Below, piece after piece: positions 40,427-48,993 of a stretch of DNA of 64,000 nucleotides (the first letter of the stretch is position 1; each line of letters begins with the position of its first letter). The stretch is from positions 3,136,001 to 3,200,000 of the forward strand of contig OZ240215.1 of the NCBI GenBank assembly GCA_965197585.1. Direction: 5' to 3'. The position numbers were made by a program, and so were the translations under genes. The notes beneath the pieces are model-generated. The model was not told the origin of the DNA. It saw only the letters and a list, made by a program, of their open reading frames with translations, and did no database searches. The DNA comes from Dehalococcoidia bacterium (GTDB lineage: Bacteria > Chloroflexota > Dehalococcoidia > Plut-88900).

Positions 40427-40705
40427 TCCTCGCTTTGTCCGGTTGTGTGTTGGGTTTTTCCCACCATGACTGCTTCTATACGTTCCAAGCTTTTTTGCTT
40501 CCCACTGTTCCGCTGCTTTGCGTGACATGGAAGGAGTTTCTGTTTTCAGTTGGCCGGGCTTACCTTCAGATTTGTGCTCCGCGGCTCTCCGTCCAGGGTT
40601 GTTGGTAGTGCCCACGTAGTTAATCTTTCCATACTTTCCTCTTATGGTGTAACCTCGAACGGCGTTTCTTGTCGGCCTGCGGCCACCCCTAGACCCTCTT
40701 GGCAT
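40424..40705 (-). CDS. small GIY-YIG nuclease domain protein
   Basis: GY-x10-YVG, R..EH, E, and C-terminal N; very basic; GGAGG RBS. Confidence 0.7.
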   Translation of the reverse strand: MPRGSRGGRRPTRNAVRGYTIRGKYGKINYVGTTNNPGRRAAEHKSEGKPGQLKTETPSMSRKAAEQWEAKKLGTYRSSHGGKNPTHNRTKRG

Positions 40706-40718
40706 TTTTGGCCTCCCT

Positions 40719-40795
40719 TAACTTATAGGATGTCACTTCCTAATTAGGAATTCTACTGATTATTCCATAATAGGATATACTTTGCAAGTCAGGAA
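40719..40795. promoter_or_regulatory. array of TTCC-N6-GGAA-like operator palindromes in a divergent promoter
   Basis: TTCCTAATTAGGAA (40737-40750, perfect), TTCCATAATAGGAT (40763-40776), TTGCAAGTCAGGAA (40782-40795), partial at 40719-40730. Confidence 0.6.
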
Positions 40796-40815
40796 GCCAC
40801 TTAAATGGAGGTGAT

Positions 40816-41157
40816 ATGTCTAGCGGCGCTTTCGATGTCGAATCCTTCTACTCGGCACTGGATTCTCAGAGGCAGGCAAAAGGCATGTCATGGAAGGAGG
40901 TCTCGGAGCAATCGGGAGTAAGCCAGCCCACGCTTAGTCGCATGTCTCAAGGAAAGCGTCCAGATGTTGATGGTTTGGCACTGCTTTTGGCCTGGTCTGG
41001 GCTAGATGCTACTCTTTTCCTGCCTGGTTATTCTGCGCCGGAACCGTTGGCACAGATCACTGCCAACCTTCGTGCAGACCGTAAACTCTCACCAAAGAGT
41101 GTCGAGGCTCTTGAGCAAATCATACGGGTTGCTTACAACCAGTTCAGGGATGAGTGA
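40816..41157 (+). CDS. XRE family HTH transcriptional regulator
   Basis: MSWKEVSEQSGVSQPTLSRMSQGKRPD HTH; GGAGG RBS. Confidence 0.88.
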   Translation: MSSGAFDVESFYSALDSQRQAKGMSWKEVSEQSGVSQPTLSRMSQGKRPDVDGLALLLAWSGLDATLFLPGYSAPEPLAQITANLRADRKLSPKSVEALEQIIRVAYNQFRDE

Positions 41158-41714
41158 TGGTGCAGTTTCGTCGCGGCTTCAAGGCCCGAGCCAACGACAT
41201 AGCTCTGGGTCTTCGAAAACAGGCGGGACTATCCAAGACGGCACCACTCGATCCCAGGGACGTTTTAGACCGACTATTTGTTCAGGTTGTACCGCTTAGC
41301 AACTATCTGGATTCTTGCGCCCGTAGTGCCGCAACTTTTCTCTCCTCTTCTGTAGATTTCTCGGCCATGCTTCTTCGAGTCGGCCAAAATCGGCGCATCA
41401 TCCTCCATGATGATTCTCATAGCAAACGGCGGCAGAACAGTGATTTGGCTCACGAATTAGCTCACATTCTCTTGGTGCACCCTGGTGAGGTCGTTTGTGC
41501 GGAGAATCTGGCAAGGAAACCAGATTCTCTGATCGAGGCGGAGGCCGCATACTTGGGCGGATGCATTCTTCTCCCTAATGAGGCTGCTTATCGCCTCGCT
41601 GTTCAGGGGGTTGATGTCAGTAAAGCCGCCATTAGATATGGAGTAAGCGAGAACATGATCGCATACCGATTAAGGATGAGCGGTGCCCTCAAGAGAGTTC
41701 AACGTTTCAAATGA
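41154..41714 (+). CDS. ImmA/IrrE family metallopeptidase
   Basis: RQNSDLAHELAH, EAEAAYLGGCILLP; coupled to XRE gene. Confidence 0.88.
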   Translation: MMVQFRRGFKARANDIALGLRKQAGLSKTAPLDPRDVLDRLFVQVVPLSNYLDSCARSAATFLSSSVDFSAMLLRVGQNRRIILHDDSHSKRRQNSDLAHELAHILLVHPGEVVCAENLARKPDSLIEAEAAYLGGCILLPNEAAYRLAVQGVDVSKAAIRYGVSENMIAYRLRMSGALKRVQRFK

Positions 41715-41808
41715 TGTACCTACTGAGTACTAGCGACGAATTTGCTAGTCGAGTGCTATGCTGCTTTCACCCGTATCATCAGGCAGGGGTGACTTCGCCC
41801 CACCCCCC

Positions 41809-41965
41809 CACCTAGCACCCCTCGACAACAACTTCGCCTTCGAAGTCCAGGGCCTCGACATCTGCTCGGGCCTCGACGACGCCCAGGTCCGCACCCTCGA
41901 TGACGCCTGGGCCAATCAGGGAGTGCTCGTGTTCCGCTGCCAGTCGCTTTCGGAGGAGGAACTGG
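41809..41965 (+). pseudogene. 5' fragment of the TauD-family gene (copy of 35538-35694)
   Basis: 157-bp colinear high-identity copy lacking the start codon and truncated after LSEEEL. Confidence 0.88.
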
Positions 41966-42074
41966 ACGATGTGGCTAGGGAGTGGTTTGGTAGGCGTTAG
42001 TCCACCACTTCGACAAGATCGGGAACGTTACCTTGGCGCTCTATTGAACCCCCCCCACCCCCCTCCGTCATTCC

Positions 42075-43130
42075 TGTAAGTGTTAGGTAATTCGTTGACA
42101 GATTGGTATAAGAGGCCAACACCAATCTGGAGGCGAGAATGCGAGACAATAGCAAGGACCTCACCCTTGAGCGGAACTACATTCAGAAGTGGCGGTTCCT
42201 CATCCATGAGTATCAACTGGTCAAGGCAGGGAAGCATCCCCGTTTCCGCTTCGCCCAGGACTTCTACTCCTTCCACGGCACTAGCCGTCAGACCTTCGCC
42301 AAGTACTACAACCGGTTCCTCCTCTCCCCCTCCGACAACGCCTTCCTCCCCCGTAAGCGGGGTCCCGGGTGGAAGTCCCGCCGCACCCTGCCCTACATTG
42401 AGCAGAAGGTCATCAACGAGCGCCTTAACGGTACCAACCGTTACGAGATCTATGCCATACTCAAACCCATCCTTAAACACAACACCCCTAAGCCCTCCAC
42501 CATCTACGCCATCACCAGACGCCACGGTTTCAATAGGCTCACAAAGCCGATGCAGCAGTCGAAGCGCAAGATCATCAAGACCCGGGCAGGAGAGCTGGGC
42601 CACCTGGACAGCCACTACCTCAGCCGGGATACCATCGTGGGCACCAAGCACCGCTACTACCTGGTGGGCCTCATCGACGCCTACACCCGTCTGGCCTGGG
42701 CCGAAGTGGTCGGAGACATCAAGAGTCTCTCCGTTATGTTTGCTACTCTGAAGTCCATCAATTTCCTTAACGTGGAGTACGGCATCCAATTCGAGGCCAT
42801 CCTCACCGACAACGGCCCCGAGATGGCCTCCCCAAGGAACACCGAGGGCCACCCCATGGAACGGATGCTCAATGAGCTGGGCATAAAGCACCGCTACACC
42901 CGCCCTTATAGGCCCCAGACCAACGGGAAGATAGAGCGGTTCTGGAGAACCTTGAACGAGGACCTGCTGGAGGGGACAACCTTCGAATCGGTCTCGGAAC
43001 TGAAGGACGAGCTTCAGCAATACCTGATCTACTACAATACTCAGAGACCCCACCAGGCAATGGACGGAAAGACCCCTTTGGAGACCCTTAAATCCACCTA
43101 ATTCTGTCAACGAATTACCTGACATCCACA
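42075..43130 (+). mobile_element. IS481 family insertion sequence, copy 2
   Basis: TGT...ACA ends, same TIRs as copy 1, ATTCC target duplication. Confidence 0.93.
42139..43101 (+). CDS. IS481 family DDE transposase
   Basis: GHLD, LTDNG.E, PQTNGKIERF, YNTQRPH. Confidence 0.95.
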   Translation: MRDNSKDLTLERNYIQKWRFLIHEYQLVKAGKHPRFRFAQDFYSFHGTSRQTFAKYYNRFLLSPSDNAFLPRKRGPGWKSRRTLPYIEQKVINERLNGTNRYEIYAILKPILKHNTPKPSTIYAITRRHGFNRLTKPMQQSKRKIIKTRAGELGHLDSHYLSRDTIVGTKHRYYLVGLIDAYTRLAWAEVVGDIKSLSVMFATLKSINFLNVEYGIQFEAILTDNGPEMASPRNTEGHPMERMLNELGIKHRYTRPYRPQTNGKIERFWRTLNEDLLEGTTFESVSELKDELQQYLIYYNTQRPHQAMDGKTPLETLKST

Positions 43131-43313
43131 ATTCCGGCCGCCGAGAGCCGGAATCCATCCCTCTCCCCCAGTACTGAATTAGAGGCCCACGTGCGTGCAG
43201 AGTACGCACGTGGGCCTCTATTCTTATCTTCCCCTCTCCCTTAATGGCCCTAAGGGAGAGGGGGATTAAGGGGGTGAGGGTTCCCCGGTGGGGCTGGGGG
43301 CGGTGTTCCCCCA

Positions 43314-43361
43314 AAAAGTGACACGAACCCCTTGACCAGAGTTGTACCTATGTACTATATT
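43314..43361 (+). promoter_or_regulatory. sigma70-like promoter with LexA-like palindrome, copy 2
   Basis: TTGACC(43332)-18-TATATT(43356); GTAC-CTAT-GTAC at 43344-43355. Confidence 0.65.
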
Positions 43362-43367
43362 CACCCC

Positions 43368-44058
43368 CGACTAGCTCGTCACTCACCCTAACTATCTCAA
43401 GGAGGAACCAAAAACCCAGGGAAGCCCACCCGACCCACCCGAGGACTCAACGCCTAAGCCCATCCCAACGGCCCATACACGGGGCCCGCGGCACAAGCGA
43501 ACGTCGCCATCTCCTCATCCCACGGGTCCCGTGCCCCTTCCCTGTCGGCAGGCGATGGAAGATGCCTGGACAGAGCCGTAGTGGACCGGCCATACCCCGC
43601 CGAGACCCCGTCTCGGTGGTCGGTTAGCAGCGAGCTTACGCTTTATCAAGCAAGGGGTGGCGGACCGGCTATCCCCGGCCGAGACTCCCTCTCGGAGGTT
43701 GGCCCGCCTGCGAGCTTACGCCATATCAAGCAAGGGGCTGATGGGCCGCCTGGACCCTCGGGTGGCCCACGTAAATACGAAATCTGAGGGGGCTACTGCC
43801 CGATCACTGGCCCCCACCATGCCTGAGGGCATTCAGAGGCGGGGTCACAGCCGGACTATCTCCCCGGAGAGTCCGAGTTTATCATCGAGCATTAGGGGTG
43901 GCAGGGCTTCCAGGCCTCGGAGCAGCCTAACAACCGCCAGAAACTCGGGGCAAAACCGTCCGGCCAGCACCTTCCATCGCCTGCCCCTCCCAAACAAACC
44001 AAAACCCCACAATCGAAGATCCGCCTCAGGAGGACTGAATAAAAGCAGTCCCTCGGCG
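43368..44058 (+). ncRNA. candidate large structured ncRNA, copy 2
   Basis: Rod domain CAGGGAAG(43417)/CTTCCCTG(43537); stem 43547-43565/43967-43985 encloses 401 nt of hairpins; A/C-rich tail; 3' hairpin 44021-44057. Confidence 0.65.
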
Positions 44059-44072
44059 AGCCATTACCCCCC

Positions 44073-45581
44073 TTAATCCCCCCGGTAATACTCCATTCCG
44101 AGATGCGTGATCTGCTCCTCTCCCATCAGCCACCGCAGGGTGTTTTTGAGCTTCGTCTGCTGTATGAACAGGTCGTGCTCCGGGTACACCGACGGCGCGT
44201 GCTGCGGGCTCTTGAAGTAGAACGACAGCCACTCCTGGATGCCTGCCATGCCTGCCCGTTGTGCCAGGTCCATGAACAGCACCAGGTCCAGTACTAGCGG
44301 AGCCGCCAGTATCGAATCTGAGCACAGGAAGTTGACCTTCAGCTGCATCCGCCGCCCGAGCCACCCAAACAGGTCGATGTTGTCCCAGCCCTCCTTGTTG
44401 TCTCCCCGGGGAGGGTAGTAGTTGATTCGCACCTTGTGATAGGCGTCCTTATACAGGTCGGGATACAGGTCGGGCTGCAATATGTATTCCAGTACCCCTA
44501 GCTTCGACTCTTCCTTCGTCTTGAAATTCTCGGGCTCGTCCAGCACCTCGCCGTCCCGGTTCCCCAATATGTTCGTCGAAAACCAGCCATTCAATCCAAG
44601 CATCCTGGCCTTCAGCATCGGACCGATCACGGTCTTTACCAAGGTCTGGCCGGTCTTGAAGTCTTTTCCGCATATCGGCACGCCCTGGTCCCGGGCCAGC
44701 TTCTCAAGAGCGGTAACATCCACGGTCAGGTTGGGAGCCCCGTTTATGAAGGGCACCCTCTCCATCAATGCTGCGTAAGCGTAGATCATGGAAGGTGCGA
44801 TGTTTTCGTCGTCGTCATGAAGCGCCTCAACGAAATTTTCGATGTTTCGATGGGCCTCGGTCTCCGTAATGAATTTTTCGGTCGAGGCGCACCAGGCCAT
44901 AACCAGCCGGTCACAGTTGTTCTCTTCCTTGAAACGTCGGATATCGCTGCGTATAGCCTCCACGGCGGCGACCTTGGAGCCAGGCGATTTGACATTGGTC
45001 CCGTTGATGCGCCGGACGTAATCATTGTCGAAAATAGCCGGCATAGGCTCGACCGACCTCAGGAAGTCGGCTATGGGCTCCACCTGTTCATGCCGGTCCA
45101 AAACACCCGCGTTTACCGCCGAGTCGTAAGCGTTGTCGGGGATCGGGTCCCAGGCCCCGAATACCAGCTGGTCCAGCTTTGCCAGGGGAACGAAGTCCCG
45201 AATGAGTGGCGACCGTTTGTCAGGTCGCTTCCCGAGACGAATGGTGGCCATCTGAGACACCGATCCCACCGGTTGTCCCGTCCCCCGCTTGATATGCTCG
45301 ATGCCTGCGATAAAGGTGGATGCCACCGCCCCCAAACCCACCATCAGGACACCGAGTTTCCCGCTGACTGGGCTGATACTGGGGGCGGCTGTTGTTACGA
45401 AATCCTTAGGTTCCAAGTTGATCCCTTTCTCATGTGAAAGTTCCATTAGCCGCTCGTGCCACTGCGATGGTATGCGTCCAGTATTTGCCCAGTGCTGCAC
45501 CGTGCTTTGGCGTTTGCCCAGCAGTGCCGCCAGCGCCGACTGACCACCGAAACGATCGATTATCTGCTTTGCGTTGTTCAT
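44073..45581 (-). CDS. ino1: myo-inositol-1-phosphate synthase with N-terminal Cro-like HTH
   Basis: GLGAVAST, GKDFKTGQT, NILGNRDG, GDNKEGWD, DSILAAPL; extra ~65-aa N-domain FGGQSALAALLG..QSTVQHW...GRIP. Confidence 0.9.
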   Translation of the reverse strand: MNNAKQIIDRFGGQSALAALLGKRQSTVQHWANTGRIPSQWHERLMELSHEKGINLEPKDFVTTAAPSISPVSGKLGVLMVGLGAVASTFIAGIEHIKRGTGQPVGSVSQMATIRLGKRPDKRSPLIRDFVPLAKLDQLVFGAWDPIPDNAYDSAVNAGVLDRHEQVEPIADFLRSVEPMPAIFDNDYVRRINGTNVKSPGSKVAAVEAIRSDIRRFKEENNCDRLVMAWCASTEKFITETEAHRNIENFVEALHDDDENIAPSMIYAYAALMERVPFINGAPNLTVDVTALEKLARDQGVPICGKDFKTGQTLVKTVIGPMLKARMLGLNGWFSTNILGNRDGEVLDEPENFKTKEESKLGVLEYILQPDLYPDLYKDAYHKVRINYYPPRGDNKEGWDNIDLFGWLGRRMQLKVNFLCSDSILAAPLVLDLVLFMDLAQRAGMAGIQEWLSFYFKSPQHAPSVYPEHDLFIQQTKLKNTLRWLMGEEQITHLGMEYYRGD

Positions 45582-45649
45582 AGTGGCAAACGATAACAGT
45601 TTTTTCGTTAATTAACAACTTCCGTTCCTTCAACACCCTCCCTCCCTCC

Positions 45650-45676
45650 GTCATTCCGGCCCCCGAGCCGGAATCC
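45650..45676. repeat. REP-like palindrome family A (representative)
   Basis: GTCATTCCGGC-loop-GCCGGAATCC; relatives near 23565, 26121(rc), 29059, 39447, 40164, 46799, 49369(rc), 53616 and at both IS481 targets. Confidence 0.85.
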
Positions 45677-45938
45677 ATCCTGCGGGGCATGATGGGAGCT
45701 GGTTTCCCTTCCACTCCCGTACGGGAGTGGCCGCACACCCTGCTGCAGATGGAATATCCGCCTGTGGAGGAACCGCTGAGGCGGAAGCCAAGCTCAAGGG
45801 TCGAGCGGATGCGCATCTTTCGTGCAAGCCTTAGCACCTTTTGGGCATTCCACTACCCTCTGGCCCCCCGCCCCCCTTGCCGCATTGGACACGACTGGAC
45901 GTCTGTCATGTAATATGTCCCTACTGAGGGGTGCGAAA

Positions 45939-46160
45939 ATGAAGTTGATCGAGGCCGGAAAGTTCAAGGAGCAGTGCTTGGCGCTGCTGGACGATCTGGA
46001 CGCCGAGGGCCTAATCGTTACGAAACACGGCAAGCCCGTCGCCCGAGTCGTTCCTTACGCTAGCCACGCAGCCGACCTCATAGGCAGCCTGCGCCACAAG
46101 GTCGAGGTTAAAGGCGACGTGTTTACGACAGGCCTCCGGTGGAGTGCACATGCTCAATAA
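45939..46160 (+). CDS. Phd/YefM family antitoxin (orphan)
   Basis: AGKFKEQCLALLD...IVTKHGKPVARVVP. Confidence 0.85.
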   Translation: MKLIEAGKFKEQCLALLDDLDAEGLIVTKHGKPVARVVPYASHAADLIGSLRHKVEVKGDVFTTGLRWSAHAQ

Positions 46161-46174
46161 GGCGTCTTACTAAC

Positions 46175-46714
46175 ATGGTCGCCCCCGCCCCCAACTCCTA
46201 CTGGGTAGTCCCCGGCTCCTTCGCCGCGGGCGAGTACCCCGGCGACGTGGACCCGGCCCGCGCCGCAAAAAAGCTCAGGCGGCTCCTTGAAGCGGGCATC
46301 GACCACTTCATCAACCTGACCCAGCCCAACGAGCTCGAACCTTATGACGGGATCGCCGAGGAACAAGCCGAGTTCCTTGGCATAACCGTCGGCCATGAAC
46401 GCAGCTCGATAGTCGACCTGAACACCCCCGACAGCCCCATGTACATGACCGCCATCCTGGACGCCATCGACTCCTCCCTTGCTGCGGGTAAGACCATATA
46501 CGTCCACTGCTGGGCGGGTGTAGGGCGCACGGGGACCGTAGTCGGGTGCTGGCTCGTGCGCCATGGACGCTCCGGCGACGAGGCCCTCGCCCAGATCGCC
46601 GAATGGTGGGAGGGTATGGATCAGTTGAAGAGGTCCATCCACCCCACCTCCCCGGAAACGAGCCGCCAGAAGACATACATAAGAAACTGGTCCAAGCTCT
46701 CGGGTGAAGGTTGA
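46175..46714 (+). CDS. protein-tyrosine/dual-specificity phosphatase family
   Basis: VHCWAGVGRTG (HCx5R), AGEYP, PETxxQ. Confidence 0.9.
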   Translation: MVAPAPNSYWVVPGSFAAGEYPGDVDPARAAKKLRRLLEAGIDHFINLTQPNELEPYDGIAEEQAEFLGITVGHERSSIVDLNTPDSPMYMTAILDAIDSSLAAGKTIYVHCWAGVGRTGTVVGCWLVRHGRSGDEALAQIAEWWEGMDQLKRSIHPTSPETSRQKTYIRNWSKLSGEG

Positions 46715-46884
46715 TAGAGAACTAGGAAACCTCTGAATAAGTCATTGCCGCCATCCTCTTATGCCATTTCTCCTATCTTCGTCATCCCTCCTATCTCCGT
46801 CATTCCGGCTCCCAAGCCGGAATCCATCCGCGGGTGGGGCCGCTCGTGCTGAGGCCCTCGAAGTATGAGCGGGGGGAATGTTTG

Positions 46885-47049
46885 ACCAAGCAGGGCATTG
46901 TGGGCACGCACAACCGCTTCTCCCCCAAGCACCTACAGAGGCACACTACCGAGTTCGACGGGCGGGACAACGATTCGCCCAGCGACATCCTCGACCAGAT
47001 GAAGGGCATGCACCGGAAGCGGCTCACTTACGATGCCTTGCCCTCTGAC
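46885..47049 (+). pseudogene. IS1595-family transposase C-terminal remnant
   Basis: G..GTH...SPKHLQR...EF.GR.N...DQM.GM..KRLTY..L resembles IS1595 transposase C-termini; N-terminal part absent. Confidence 0.65.
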
Positions 47050-47330
47050 TAGAGCCTCTGGACGGTTATGTTGCCCCAATTGTCTACTTGGACTATCTCC
47101 CGCCGCTCACCCCGAGTGATGCCGAGCACCAACCAGATCACTCCCCAGATCAGACAGGTAAAGAGGGTGATGATGGCGTGGAGCACGTGGTTGACCCGGT
47201 GACCGTAGATGAGCACGGCCTGAAAATCTGATTGTGATTCTACCCTCGCTCCCTGGGCTACTGAAAAGGAGATGTGCTGTGCTAGCATCTCTTTTCGCTG
47301 TTCAGTAGATATTCCATAAGTCTCAGGCAC
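47049..47330 (-). CDS. small membrane protein
   Basis: NHVLHAIITLFTCLIWGVIW hydrophobic motif; AAGGAGG before GTG 47330. Confidence 0.7.
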   Translation of the reverse strand: MPETYGISTEQRKEMLAQHISFSVAQGARVESQSDFQAVLIYGHRVNHVLHAIITLFTCLIWGVIWLVLGITRGERREIVQVDNWGNITVQRL

Positions 47331-47362
47331 GAAAACCTCCTTCTCGTCCACTCTAGAGCTGG

Positions 47363-47926
47363 TTAAAGGGATCGTGAGGGTGGATGGGGATTGGGAACCG
47401 TAATAAGGCTCCGAGACCACTCCTGTCGCTGGGCCTCCGCCGTCGAGGGAGTGATGTTCTCTCCCCCTGTCCTCTCCCAGAGCCAGTCCCCGAACTCCAA
47501 CGCCCACAGGGGTTTAGTGAAGTCGGGCACGGTGGTGGCACCCGCCTTGGACTGCACGTTGAGGGTGTAGCCGCTACCTCTGACGGATTGGGTGACGGCC
47601 ATTGACGCTCCGTCGGCTTTCAGGCTTCGCCAAGCTGTCTGGGAGATAGGATGCCACCCGTTGATGGCGGAATACCTCTGGGCCTCGTTGAAGTTTCGAC
47701 GGGTTTCCACTTTGTCCCACACCTTTAGCCCTAGACCGACCAAGAGGGCGGCCCCCCAGTAGAGGAGGAAGATGAAGAACAGGAGGCCCCAGATTAAGGC
47801 GGCCGTGCTTGGTTCCTCGGCATCTACGTCCACCACTACGAGAAATCCGACGAAGAATATGAGGGTGAAAAAGCCCGTCGGTATCAGGGATACGAGAAGC
47901 CAGAACCCGACTCGCCCTTTGCTCAA
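47363..47926 (-). CDS. hypothetical two-TM membrane protein
   Basis: Two hydrophobic helices; AAGGGGG before TTG 47926. Confidence 0.6.
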   Translation of the reverse strand: MSKGRVGFWLLVSLIPTGFFTLIFFVGFLVVVDVDAEEPSTAALIWGLLFFIFLLYWGAALLVGLGLKVWDKVETRRNFNEAQRYSAINGWHPISQTAWRSLKADGASMAVTQSVRGSGYTLNVQSKAGATTVPDFTKPLWALEFGDWLWERTGGENITPSTAEAQRQEWSRSLITVPNPHPPSRSL

Positions 47927-48278
47927 AGTGGAACCCCCTTGCAAGCGATAGGTATTTCGATCATTGCTTAGGCAGTCGTGCTTCCTCGGCGGGCAAGAGA
48001 GCATGAGTGACCTCATGCTCTACTCGCATTTAACCGAGGATCGACTACCTAAGCGGGCGTAAGGTACACTCTCTCTAGGAATGCGTCAACGAGTACCGCA
48101 CAGGCGTTCCAATTTTGGGGGAGTGGGGTTATAATTTATCCAACACGGATAAGACGAAAGACAGAAGCCCATTCGAGAGGTACCACATTCCCGCCTCCTT
48201 AGAGAACCTCCTGACGATGGTGGTGAAGGGGTAAAAGCTTAAGAAGGGTGAGGAGCAAGTAGGAGAGAAGGACAAAGA

Positions 48279-48440
48279 GTGATCACGCTAGGAGTGGCAA
48301 TTATCATGGGTGGGATAGGAGCCACCCTTTTTGGGGGAACAGCAACTGCTATGCGGCTACCGCCGCAGATCTCAGGAATAGCTGGTGCAGTTGGCTTCTT
48401 CCTGCTGTTCTTGATTTATCTCTGGAATTCCTTGAACTAA
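48279..48440 (+). CDS. small two-helix hydrophobic protein (53 aa, below ORF-track cutoff)
   Basis: MITLGVAIIMGGIGATLFGGTATAMRLPPQISGIAGAVGFFLLFLIYLWNSLN; AAGGA upstream of GTG. Confidence 0.55.
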   Translation: MITLGVAIIMGGIGATLFGGTATAMRLPPQISGIAGAVGFFLLFLIYLWNSLN

Positions 48441-48471
48441 TTGCAAAGTTAAGAAAAGGGAATAAACCAAG

Positions 48472-48708
48472 ATGACAAATCTAGAGGACATCAACAACCG
48501 ACTGGGCCGTATGGACTCGAGGATACAGCGAGTTGAGACTACAGTCGTGAATATGTTCGAGGTGGTGAAACTCATGTCCGATACCCTGCTCCCGATGTCA
48601 GAAGAGGTTTCTCAGATCAAGGGGGATACGTCGAGGATCGTGAAGGTTATCGGTGAGATACAGATCGACGTAGAGATTATCAAAGGGTATCTGAATTCAG
48701 AAAGCTAG
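48472..48708 (+). CDS. small coiled-coil protein
   Basis: Heptad pattern; AAGGGA RBS. Confidence 0.6.
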   Translation: MTNLEDINNRLGRMDSRIQRVETTVVNMFEVVKLMSDTLLPMSEEVSQIKGDTSRIVKVIGEIQIDVEIIKGYLNSES

Positions 48709-48729
48709 ACACAGAGGTCAGAGCGATAG

Positions 48730-48993
48730 ATGACTATTGACGAAGCTGACAAAGATGCGATGGCAGACTGGTTTGAGAGACTGGATAGGGACAGAGAAGC
48801 TCTGTTAAAAGAGTGTAGAGACTTAGAGAGACAGCCAGGTGGGCCATTTATACGGTACAGTGGTGAGCGAGGGGCCACGCCTTACTTGTTTAAGTATCTT
48901 GAAGATATTCAGAAAGTTTTGGTTATGTTAGACCACAAGCTCAACGAGCTAGAAAAACAAAAGAACAACGCTACCCACCCTCCGAAGGGATGA
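48730..48993 (+). CDS. hypothetical protein
   Basis: 87-aa ORF in tandem with previous two; charged helical composition. Confidence 0.55.
   Translation: MTIDEADKDAMADWFERLDRDREALLKECRDLERQPGGPFIRYSGERGATPYLFKYLEDIQKVLVMLDHKLNELEKQKNNATHPPKG

Noticed and set aside
42028-43314. 428-aa minus-strand ORF (and 29412-30230)
   Set aside because: Antisense shadow of the IS481 transposase running into repeats.
43583-43737. Possible CRISPR array
   Set aside because: Only two units, the intervening sequences are homologous rather than unique spacers, and no cas genes are present.
43928-43995. Minus-strand SD + ATG GAA GGT micro-ORFs starting in the closing stem of both elements
   Set aside because: Only 16 and 25 codons, unrelated after MEG; explained by the stem sequence. 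Promoter and G-U pairs point to the + strand.
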